A stretch of DNA of 64,000 nt from Moniliella sp. 'wahieum' (lineage: Eukaryota). Of this stretch, positions 13,405 to 25,125 are shown one piece after another. How positions within the stretch are numbered: position 1 is the first letter of the stretch; each line of letters starts with the position of its first letter. The DNA is taken from assembly GCA_003971905.1 (NCBI GenBank), contig RSEE01000035.1, forward strand, positions 186,001 through 250,000, in the 5' to 3' direction. The notes below the pieces were generated by a model. The model saw only the letters and a list, made by a program, of their open reading frames with translations. It made no database searches and was not told the origin of the DNA. The position numbers and the translations under genes were made by a program.

Positions 13405-14887
13405 ATGCTCGCCCGCCTCGCCGCCCGCCCGCCCTTGGCTGCCGTCGTAGCCGCCCGGCTGCAGGCGCCCCTCGCTCTGTCCCCGGCTTGCCCGCCCCCT
13501 CTCCACGCAGCTTCTCCTCGTCCACGGCGCGCTGGCACGCCGTGCCCACCACCCTGCCCACCACCTCGGGTCCCGTAGACTTCCCTGAGCGGAGGGAGTG
13601 GACCAGGGCGGAGGTGGACGAGGTGTACAACGGTCCCTTGCTCGACCTTGTCTTTCGCGCTGCGACCGTCCACCGCGCCCACCACGACCCCAACGCAATG
13701 CAGCTGTGCACGCTGATGAACATCAAAGAAGGTGGGTGCAGCGAAGACTGTGGCTACTGCTCCCAGTCGTCCAAGTACGACACGTCTTCCAAAGCTGCGC
13801 CTTTGTCGGACGTCGAGTCGGTCCTGGCCGAGGCACGTAAAGCCAAAGCGAATGGTTCCACTCGGTTTTGCATGGGCGCCGCGTGGCGCGAAGTCGGCGG
13901 CCGCAAACGCGGGTTTAACCGTATCCTCGATATGGTCCGCGGTATCCGCCAAATGGACATGGAAGTCTGTACTACCCTCGGCATGCTCACCCCGGACCAA
14001 GCCGCACAGCTCAAACAGGCCGGCTTGACCGCGTACAACCATAACCTCGATACTTCCCGCGAGTACTACACCAAGGTCGTCACCACCCGCTCGTACGACG
14101 ACCGGATCGAAACTATCAACAATGCTCGTGACGCAGGCATCTCGGTATGCTCCGGCGGTATCTTGGGCCTGGCGAAGAGAAGGAGGATAGGGTGGGCTTG
14201 ATTTGGGAAATGTCCCGCTTGCCTGAACCTCCGGAATCGTTTCCTGTCAATGCGTTGGTCGCTATCCCCGGCACCCCCATGGCTGAAAACAAAGTACGTC
14301 ATCTCCCCCTCTACCTCTCCCGTACCTACCCCCCACACCCTACACCCCTTCCCACTTGTTTTCCTCTGTTCCTTCCTTGGTCTGCGACACGATACGAACC
14401 TGAACCTGACCACTGACCATTGACCGGTTGACCATTGACCACTGACCACCCCATTCAGCCGACCGACTTTCAAACCATGCTGCGTACCATAGCTACCGCG
14501 CGACTCGTTCTGCCCACCTCGATCATCCGCCTGGCAGCCGGACGACACATGTACACCGAGTCGGAACAGGCATTCGCATTCCTCGCTGGTGCCAACGCTA
14601 TCTTCACGGGCGAACGTATGCTCACCACGCCCACGTCCAGCTGGGACGTGGATAAGGCCATGCTGGCCCGCTGGGGGTTGCGAGGTATGGGATCGTTTGA
14701 AGAGAAGGTCATGCAACCTCATGCGGTTGCGGGTGCGGGTGCGGGTGCGGGGAAGGATGTGGGTGCGGGGAAGGGGACACACCAGTGCCCCGGCGCGTCC
14801 AAGCGTGCTCAGGACGGCGTTCATGTTCAAGACCAGCCGGGGATCGGCCTCACACCCGATGTGGCTGGCGTAGCTGACACGGCCTAA
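13405..14887 (+). CDS. BIO2: Biotin synthase (radical SAM), mitochondrial
   Basis: CSEDCGYCSQ (CxxxCxxC), RFCMGAAWR, YNHNLDTS, VCSGGILG and IRLAAGR motifs; Arg/Ala-rich presequence. Intron 14294-14458. Indels near 13500 and 14172. Confidence 0.96.
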
Positions 14888-16322
14888 GCATAAGTATACG
14901 CATTATGCATGCATGCACTCACATTGGCCTTCCGTCGATCCGACGTGCAGAGAGGTAGTACGATACGTGGGGCGGCCGATAGGGGGCACGTTAGGACACT
15001 TTCCATAGAGCAAACGACTTGTTTTCATTTTCGATCCCAGCCAGCAGGCAACACGACCTACCACACCACCCGGCCTGGGGTGAACATACAACCAATCCTA
15101 GCGCTCTTGTGGCGTATAAGGTGTGGGGGCACGGTGTGGCTGCACGTGCGAGCGCGAGCGCGAGTGGAAATGGAAGTGAATTATATTGAGGAAGAGGTGC
15201 ACGGCGGGGGCGCTTACGCTTCGTCGCGGGGACGCTTCTTGGTGTGTAGCATCACTTCGCTCGGGCGGCTGCGGAGGGGGTGTTGTTAGCGTTGCACGGT
15301 TGCACTGGGCCGGCTGACTTTGAACGTTGCAAGCCGAGCCAGGGGCGTACGGTGTACCATGGCGTGTGCCTGAGCGGAGACTGCGGAGTCAAGCATCACG
15401 TGTCACGTGAGCAGTGCCTCGCCACTTGCCACTTGTGTGTTAGTCAAGCGAATGGCCTGGCACGGTGCTCGGTGCTGCTGTCGCATGCCAGCCTGGCTCG
15501 GCCCGACCCACGCTACCTGCCCCAATGGCAATGGCAATCGGGCCAGGGCCAGGCCCGAGGGCGAGTAGCGAGCGGCCCAGCCAGCGGGGTTGCACGGGGC
15601 GAGTAGCCTAGTAACTAGTAACTAGTACGCGCGTGCGCCTGGCCGGCCGCCCTCGGCCTCACGCCATTCCGCCCTGCCGCGCGAGGCCCTTGCCGGCTGG
15701 GGCCGAGGGGCGGGGCCGGAGAGGCATAGGATAGCTACGACAGGACCGCTTCTGGTTGGGCTGGACGCGCCAAGCGCAACGGCGGCAGGGGGACCAGGTA
15801 AAAAAAAGCCGGGGAGGCAGACAGTGGATGGATGGGCGTGTCCATGTCATGGCGTCTGAGATCTCATCTGAATCTGAAGAGCCAAATATTCATTGCTAAT
15901 CAAGCCGCCCAGGCGGGCAGGGCGGCAGTGCAGCCGGAAGCAGCCGGGCTTTCAGCCGGGCGGGTGGCACTGGGCCGCAGCCGTGTGACTGGCGCCGTGC
16001 GCCCAGGTGGCCCGGCGCCGGCAAGAGTGGCGCGCTGCTGGGCGGGCGGCGTCCTGTGCGAGATTTCAAAGCAGCAAGCGCCGTGGCACTGCCCCCGTGC
16101 CGCCATGCTGTGGGCAGCAGCGCTGAAGCTCAGCTGCGCGGTCGGGGGTGCATGCTGCATGCTTCCTGCTTCTCCCCCGCGCCAATTTCTGAAAACGAAG
16201 AATCCCGCCGGCGGCGCCTGTGGGTAAATACGCTCCGACCTTCCACCAGCTACGCCCTCCTCTGTCCCTCCATCGTCCATCCCATCCCGCCCATGCCCGT
16301 CCCGGCGCCCCAGCCACCCACC

Positions 16323-18267
16323 ATGCCCCTCCGCTGCCCTGTTGCCCACGACCCTGCCCAGCCCCTGCCGCCCGGCCACCCGCCTGTGGACGCTGCCCCG
16401 CCCTCCTCCCTCCAGCCCCCGTCCGACGCCAAGTGCATCTTTTTCCGCACTGCCGACGACACCGACTCGGCGTCTGCGTCCCCCGTCCCGTCCCCTGCCT
16501 CTCCCTCCTCCTCGTCTCCCTCTGACCCGCTCGCCTCGGCCAAGGCACGCACTGCCGAGCTCAAGCAGCTCGCCAACGCTTCGCCCTTGCCTGCCGGTGC
16601 TGCCCGCACCCTCGACCCGCCCGCGCCGTCGTGCTCGCCTCGCGCGACTCGCAACTTGCTCTGGTCCAAACGAGCCATGTCCACTCCATGCTCGAAGCCC
16701 GCTATGGCGAGCCCAGTCCTGGCTTTGACGCCCCGACCACTTGTGCCGATACCGACTTGGCCAAGCTCAAGGCCCGCCTCACTCAGCTGGGATTGCGAGA
16801 AGCTTGCCATTTCCCCATCACGTCCATGAGCACCGTCGGCGACATTAACCAGCGCTCGCCGCTGTATGTGATTGGCGGAGAAGGCCGAGCGATCTGGACC
16901 AAGGAACTGCAAACGGCTCTGCATCAAGGTGCAGTAGATGCGATTGTGCATTCGCTCAAGGATATCCCGACGACCCAGGCTCCCGGATCGCACATTGCTG
17001 CTATCTTGGAACGCGAGGACCCGCGCGACGCGTTGGTCGTCAAGTCGGGGCTGGCGTACCAGACGTTGGACGAGTTGCCAGCCGGCTCGGTAATTGGTAC
17101 CTCGTCCGTACGCCGCGTGGCCCAGCTGCGCAGCCGCTACCCCAAACTCGTCTTTTCCGACGTGCGCGGAAACATCAACACGCGTTTGGCCAAGCTCGAT
17201 GCGCCAAAGGGTCCTTACACTGCCCTCGTCCTCGCTGCCGCTGGATTGCACCGCCTCGACATGCACCATCGCATCACGGCCTATCTCCAAGCACCTGTAC
17301 TCTACTACTCTGTTGGCCAGGGGTCCTTGGGCGTAGAGATTCGTACCCCTCCCCCGGTGCTGACCCAGCGACCAACCGCGACGCTAGGATCGCCGCTATG
17401 GTCCAGTCGATTGGCTGTTGGAAGTCGACGTTTGTATGCGAAGCTGAGCGCGCTCTGCTGCGCAAGTTGGAAGGCGGATGTTCGGTCCCAGTCGGCGTGG
17501 ATACCTGGTTTGGCGAGCACGACGAGGCCGCTCGACGCGCGGCATGTGCAGCGCATGTCACCAGGACGCGGTCTGCCTCGCCTGCATCCGCTTCGGCTTC
17601 GGCTTCCGCTTCCGCATCTGCTTCCGTTTCGTCCTCGTCGGGAGGACCGGAGGGGTGGTGGTGGAAGGCCATGAGATCGTTTCCACCCGCCCATCTACAC
17701 CGCGGTTGGAACAACTTGCTCGGGGAGCTATTGCGGCGCGAGCGGCTGCTCCCAAGTTGCCCTGTCCAGCCGATATGGGCATTGCCGACCGGGCTACCGT
17801 GCCGCCAGAAGGCATTCGGATCAACATGGTCGCCCACGTTGTCTCGCTCGACGGTTCGCGGCGTGCGAACGCCTATGCCGTGCGGCACTGCACGACCGTA
17901 GAGGAGGCACGTGCGTTGGGCCAGCACGTAGCAGACGCTGGTCACCGCAAAGGGTGCACGGGACATTTTGGCCGAGGTGGAACGTCATCGTGCCCTGGCG
18001 GAGCAGGCGGATGCAGCGCGCCGCCAGGCAGGCGCCAAGCGCACAGCAGGCGAGCACGAAGAGGTGATTGGGCTCAAGCGTCTGCGCCCAGCTGATGATG
18101 CGTCCTCCATTGCGTCCACCACCACCACCGCCACCACAGCGACTTTGGCCACGGTGGCGGACAATGGTGGGATGGGGCTCGGGGAGAAGTTGGCTGGTAC
18201 GCCAGCCGAGGTCGACCGTCGGTTCGAGCCCCGCGCCGACGGCCAACCAAAAGCATGGGAGGTATAG
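16323..18267 (+). CDS. HEM3: Porphobilinogen deaminase (hydroxymethylbilane synthase)
   Basis: LASRDSQLALVQ, IWTKELQ..VHSLKDIPT, REDPRD, IGTSSVRR, RGNINTRL and cofactor-Cys motif LEGGCSVP. Several indels. Alternative in-frame ATG at 16293. Confidence 0.93.
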
Positions 18268-18899
18268 CTGCTTGGCTGGGCATCTGGGGTGTGCTGTGCT
18301 GTGTGTGTCTGGATTCATCTATTGCATGTGTGCTCGTACCAAAAGCAGGGGGGAGAAAGACAAAGAGAAGCAGCCAGACAAGGTCAGATTCACGTGTGAT
18401 GGCGCAGGGGATGGTGTGGTGCTGGGGACTGGGCGGACGGATGAGCGTCATCGGCCAGAGAGGGGGTGAGAGGATGGGTGATTCGATGGGTGATGGTTGA
18501 CGATCCGCGTGGCAGCGGCGGATAGGCAAGAGAAAAAAAGGCACGCATGGGCGGCGCAGTGCCTCGGCAGCAGGGGGCAGTGTGCGCCCTGTGGTGCTGG
18601 AGCGCGCGTGGCGCAGCGGCGCACCCGGCCCCCCAACCGTCCACACTGGTGCAGTGCGTGCACGCCAACCCTACCGCCACGCCGCCACGCCAGAAAGCGC
18701 ACCCGTCTCACCCGCCACTCGCTCCCTGCCAGCGCACCTGCCTGCCTGCGCCTCGCCTGCCTGCCTGCTGCTGGCCTTGTCCTCATGCCTCATTGGGATG
18801 TCATGCCCATTACCAGTCCCATTCCCGTCGCCACCACCTCCACCAGCACCTTCTCTCTCTCCTCCTCCTCCTCTCTCCCCCCCTGCGGCCGCCCCCACC

Positions 18900-21800
18900 A
18901 TGGCTCCTCCCTTCGGACTCGGCAGCTGGGGCTTTGGCGCTGCCCCTGCAGCACCCCCCCACCCGCCTCTTCGCCCCCCTCGTCCCCCGTCCCCGCCGCT
19001 GCCCCAGCCCCAGCCCCAGCCCCAGCCCCCACGCCCATCCCCGACTCCAACTCCAACTCCTTGCCCATCGCCACGCCAGCCGGCGTGCAGCTCGCAGCAC
19101 GCCTCCGTCCCCCGGCGCACGCCTCCTCCACCCCGCCCCCTCTCCAGGCCACGCCGACGCGCCTGCGTCCACCAACGCCGACGCCATTGATACTGATACG
19201 TCTGCGCCTCAGCCTGCCACATTCCTCTCTGCCGAAGACCACATCAGTATCCCGCCCCACTCTTTCCCTCTCCACCACACCTTGCCCGCGTCCGCGACGC
19301 AGCACGACGTCTACCGTCTTGCCCACCCGCTCGTCCTCGCCTTTCTCGCTGGCCATGACGCTGCGCTGCTCGCCTACGGCCCGAGCCAGAGCGGTAAATC
19401 CTTCACCCTCGGCATGGCCGATCCTGATGGCCTCGACCGTTCAGCCGACGAGACTGATAACGTGACAGGTCTCCTCCCCCGCGCCGTCAAGGAAACGTTA
19501 TCGCTAGCCGGTGGCGACGGGGTCGTACAAGCTTCGTTTGTCAGTATCGTTGGCGACACAGTACAGGACCTTCTGTCGGATGGCGATTGCTCTAGCACCG
19601 AACAACCTCAACATCAACCTCATCTGAATCTAATCGCCATCTCGTCCGTTAATAACTTGATGGCGTACCTCTCCCTAGGCCGGGACGCGCTGCGCGCGGC
19701 TCCTCACCCTGCGCACGCTCTTTTCACGCTCTCCCTCACAAGACCCTCGGGAACTAGTAGCAAACTCCATTTTCTCGATATGGCCAGTTCCGACACGGTA
19801 CGTCCCCCCCCCCCTCCTGCCTCTGCCCTTGCTCCTGTCCACTCGGCCTGCCGCTCCCTCCAGAGTGATGTACGTGATTTACGTGATGTACGTGATTTGC
19901 GTATTTACGTGATTGCCTCGAGTCACTAGGCAGGAGAGACACGATACCCCGTACGAGTACCAAGTACCAAGTACTATGGACTATGGACTAGGGACTATGG
20001 ACTATGGACTGACCAAAGATTGGATTGAATATTGATGCGCGAATGCAGGTCCCGCAGCCACAGTTGCTCGATGAGCTGTTACGTCCTGCCAGCGCAGGTG
20101 CTCCCACCCACCTCACTCACTTGGTCCGAGGCACAGCCTCGCCCCCGCGTACACTTGTGATTGCCTGTCTCGATCCCAGTCCGGCCTGCGCGGCAGAAAA
20201 CGTGCGCACACTCCGTGCCCTCGTTCCACCATCTGCCATGCAAGAATCCTCGCCCTCTGCGATGAAAGAACCGTCGTCCTCAGCGATGAAAGAATCGTCC
20301 CTACCGTCCGAGATGGAAGAATCGTCACTACCGTCCCAGACGGAAGAATCGTCACCGCCGACGATTGCGGCGCTGCAAGCTCAAATCAGTTTACTACGGG
20401 ACCAACATGCCCGCGCGCTGGCCGAGCAAGGCAAAGCCCAATCCCGTCACCATACCGCCGAACAAGAGATTGCACGACTGAAAGCTGCCCTGACCCAGTC
20501 CAAAGACGGCGAAGAGATGGAAGAGCTGGATCCACTGGGCGGACGCTTATCCCCCCTGGCCATTGCAGAGCGCAGGCGGTCGCAACGCGAGTCGTGGACG
20601 CCCGCCGTACGCACACGCAGGAACAGTACCGCCTCTGCGTACGATTCGGATGACGATTCTGTCGCCCCACGCAGTCGTCGGTCTTCCTTTGCTTCGGCCC
20701 AGTCCAGCCGCAGCCGTAGCAACAGTATTGTTCGTGCCCGCCGGTCCTTCTCCTCCGTCCGGTACAAGCCCGCCGACTCGACTCCGGAGACAAGAGACGT
20801 TCATCCTCTCTCTTCCCGTACCACCTCGCCCACCACTGCTGCCACCACCACTCCACCTCCTCCGCTACCGCTACCCCAGCCAGCACAGACGGACCCAACC
20901 ATAGTCGCACCCTGTCCAATGGCCCGCGAAGGACGTTGAACTTGGCATCGCACAGTCGGTCGGGAAGTGTGGCTTTACCGCTGGCCATGCCGTTGGCTGC
21001 GACGCCCATGGCGACCGAGACCCAGGAAGCGTTGGAGCGCAAAGTACTTTCATTGGAGAAGGAGGTGAACCAATTGCAGGCCACCTTGCGCGAACGAGAC
21101 GAGGAATTGGTACAACTTTCAACGGAAAACGTGCGCTCCACCCTGGCGCTGCCCCGGTAACACCGTTGTCCCCCCCCGCCGTCGTCTCGCCCGGGGCGAA
21201 GGAAAGTGAGCCCAGCGAGAGATGGTCGAGGGTTTGATGAAGCAACTTGCCCAGTCCCAGTCGGAGCACCAAGCCCAAGTTGCTGTGCTGCAGGCCGAAT
21301 TGGAAACCCAACGCGTCGAGCACTTGCATACCATCGCTACACTTAAAGAGCAACATGCCCAAGAGCTCCACGACCTCCACCAGTCCCACACTGAAGAACT
21401 CGAGCGTCTCGAAGCCACACATACCTCTACCACACGCGCGTCTATCCTAACCGAACGAAGGTCACGTCAACTCTCGCAATCTCTTCCTGCCCCGCCCCGC
21501 TCCGACGACGAAAGTAGCGAGATGGGCATCGCGTTCCCACCCCGCCGTTGGACCAAGAAAACTTGGATGACCAAGTCGACTTTACTACGGCCGAAGAAAT
21601 GCGCATGCAGTTCCAACAGGAGCGTGCGCAGCTCGATGCGGACCATGAAGCTGCGCTTGCCCAGCTGGTCGAGGAGCACGAAAGGGAACGCACCAAGCTC
21701 ACGACCGAGGCTGAGGCGTTGATGGCGGACCATGCGGCACTGCGAGAAGCCAATGTGGAACTGGTCACCCGTGCCGACGCATTGCAGGACCAGCTGGGCT

Positions 21801-22805
21801 CAGACCCGGGCGAAGTCAGTTTACTACGCAAAGAACGGGACGAAGCGAACGAGGCGTTGGTCACGCTGGAAAATTACGTGACGGAGTTATCGGCTGAACG
21901 GGACCAGTTGACGACCGAACTACGCGTCGTACGTGAAGCTGAAGCGCCCATGGGTGGGCATGACCTCTTACTGCGCGAACTCGAGTCTCAACGTGACCAA
22001 GTCACTTTGGTTCGGAAAGATTGACTGCTCAAAAGGCTGCCTACAATGCCTTGATGGACGAAAAGGCTCGTGTCGAACAGGCCCTGCAGGATTCAAGGTT
22101 AAAAGTCCGAGCGTTGGCTCGTAGATCCGGCATGGTCGACGGTCGTTTCTTACGTGGTGCTCCTCCACCTACCCCACCACCTGCTATGCCTGTGCCCCCT
22201 GTGCCCACTAGCATTACCACTCCCACTACCACTAGCATTACTGCCGCAGGCGCAGGTGCACGCTCCGGCTCCGCCACCCCGTGGAACGCGACAGTGCAGG
22301 TGGCAGCACCGTGCGTACCACGCCCAGTTTGTGGCAACATGCGCCCCAGCCGAGCGATACGAGCGTCACGACCATCCCGAGCGAGTCGACGGAAGGTGGG
22401 GAAGGATCGTTGCACCGTCTCCTCTCAGAGCGCGCAGCCGAGACCAAAGCGTTGAAATTACAGTTGGTCAACTTGGAGGCCGATAAGCGTGCTAACGTCG
22501 AGCTGGCTGCACGTTAGAAGCCGCGCTGAACGACTCGGAACGCAACTTGCGCAAAGCGCGTGTGCAGTGGGCGAAGTTACGCGTGAGAGGGATCAGTTGA
22601 CAACTGAGGTCAAGGACGCTAGGGCGCGCTTGGACCTTACCTCGGCCGATCTTGAGCGTGTACGATCCTCGGTCCAGCAGGAAAAACAGGATTGGGAGTC
22701 TCGCGTACAACAAGAACGTCTGGCTAAGGAGAAGCTAAAGAACAGTTGGCCGCACGCTTGGACGAAGTGGCTAAACGTAAGAATGCTCCTTGTTTTGCAT
22801 GTTAA
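18900..22805 (+). CDS. Kinesin-like protein with a degenerate motor domain and long coiled-coil tail
   Basis: LLAYGPSQSGKSFTLG P-loop, GLLPRAV, ASFVSI..VQDLL and SKLHFLDMASSD. Intron from 19870 (or 19798) to 20048. Heptad-rich C-terminal half ending KRKNAPCFAC*. Many indels. Confidence 0.8.
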
Positions 22806-23461
22806 CCCGGGTAGGGCAAGGCAAGGCAGGGCAAGGTCATCCTATGCACCTCCCAACCTTCAACCTTCATCCTTCAACTCCCATTCCAACCCCATCCCAA
22901 CCACGCCACCGCTTGCCGATACCCTGCCTCGGTTTTGGCCACTTTTCGGGCGGGAGGGAGGGGCTTGAGGCTTGAGGCTTGGGGTTTTTGTTTTATTTTG
23001 GCTCTGTCCTGCCCACGTTTTTTTTACTTTGTGCCCTGCCCCTCCCCACTTCCCTCCCTCCCCCCTCCACTCACTTTTCTCTCGTTTTTGCCTCTCACGA
23101 TTTTACCCTCTTCGCTGTCTTTACGTTCTTGCCCCCCTAAACCCTCCCTCCCCCTTTCCCTTCGCCTACTGTTTCGCACTGCGCTCCCGGAGACTTTGTG
23201 CGCTTCCCCTCGTTCGCTCCGTTCGCTCCGTTCGCCCCGTTCCCCTCGTTTTTTTTTGCTTGCTGCTGCTGTACATTCTTCGCTTGCTATCGGGATCGGA
23301 TACAGGTACGACCTCCCTCCGGGTAACCGTGTACCGCGTTTTCCGCGTACGGTTAGGACTGCCCTTTGCTGGCGGGACCCAGGTAGGTGCGAAAGTAGCT
23401 GGATGTAAAGTCGGAGTGAGGTAGGTGAGAGTAAGAGGTAATGTTGGTACCAGGAGGAGAG

Positions 23462-23539
23462 GGTGGAAGGTGGAAGGGGAAGGTGGAAGGTGGAAGGTGG
23501 AAGGTGGGGAAGTGGAAGTGGAAGGTGGAAGGTGGAAGG
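23462..23539. repeat. (GGTGGAA)n purine-rich heptamer repeat
   Basis: Imperfect tandem repeat directly visible. Confidence 0.9.
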
Positions 23540-25125
23540 GGTGGGTGGTGTGGTACGTGGTAGTAGAGAGGCAACTGTGCGTTTTCTGTCCCCCTTCTCT
23601 GCCTCCTCTGTTCTCTTTCCCTTCAGATGTACGTCATCGATCATGACATCCGGGAACTCCCAGGGCGCGGTGCCTTTTTCAGCGCCGTGTGGGGACACCA
23701 AAGTGCACCCTGAACATCTTGAACGGGACTTGCCCAAGGCGAAACGGTGGGTGGCTAGAGGGTGACAGGCGATTACTGATTAATGATTGCGACTAACGGC
23801 CGATCCAAGCGGCGCCGCAACTTGGACTCACTCCGACATCATGCATCACGCATCACTCATCTCTCCCCGTATGGAGTGTTTGTCGATTGCGTGTTTTGCG
23901 GCCCAGACAAAACAAAATGCTGGACATTTTGGTGTTGAAAGTAGGCCAGAACTCAAAATGTGGCGGCGCCGCGCACGCAGCTAACGGCGCCGCAGGCTCG
24001 CGTTGTCCCGGATCCACCTTCGACACGCGCTGGCTGGCCCATCCAGGGGCCCAGCCACCCAATCTATTCGTCTACCCATCTCCATCCATCGTCGTTCAAT
24101 GGTATCGCCAAAAGCCTCACGCCTTACATCTCCCTCCTCGCAGGGCCTTTTGATCAATGATCGATACGAAATGAGCTTGGGTGGGTCCAAAACGTCAAGA
24201 CGAGAGCGCTACAAGCGCTCAAACCGACGCCACTCCAACGCTATCTTCCCCCAATCTTCCCGATCCACTCATTCGACCACCCGGCATTGGAAACGTTGAA
24301 CGCCGCCAAGGGACACCTCGGCGAAGGGAGGCACCCCACACCCATAATGGCGCCATGGGATTTGACTTGTGTCGCCTATAACACTAGCACGCCTTCGAAA
24401 AGTCTCTGTGTTGGTCACATGCATCACACTCCCTATCGAACTAATCGATCATCGATCATGTCTCGTAAAGGAACTGTCACGATGGTCGTTGTTGAGGCGG
24501 TTCCCTGGATACATTGCAGGACGGAATGTGGTGGTCGTGTAGCTTCAATTAGCGTGTCGGAATCAGGAACACACTCCTATATCGCTGAGCCCTGACGCGT
24601 ACAATCGATGAACGTTGAGCCGAGAATGTCCCGGATATACTACAAGTTAATAAGTGTCTCTTGCGTATATACCCAAATTTGGTCCTTCTTTCTAAGGGAT
24701 AAGTAGGGGTTGATTCTCTCTCGATGATATATACTCTCTTTATCTTATCGCCTTGCCACAGAGCCAGCCTGTATTATATGGTGCCAAAAAGGACGGGGCT
24801 GCCTAGTTCGTCGACCGGGCCGTGATGGCATTAACGCACCAGCATATCACCACCCAACTGTGACCGCCCCACGCTGCGGGGGCTGAGGCGCAGCCGCCAT
24901 GCGTCCTCACCCCTCCAAAAGTATAATACCCTTCCAGGGGACCCCCTTTCTCTTCCATAGTATATAACCTTCATTCTTCATCCCCACCGCATCGCAGAAT
25001 ATAAACCCAGCCTCCCCTTCTCCCTTCTTCGCATATATCAACTGCCAATCCCCAACGAGCATTGCTCCCTCCCATCACTCACGTGTGAACAACACGCAAG
25101 TACCTTCCCATCTCTCGTCATCATC

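Noticed and set aside
14780..14800. CP motif (HQCPG) in the BIO2 C-terminal tail as a heme-regulatory motif
   Set aside because: A lone CP in a low-complexity tail, without the flanking consensus.
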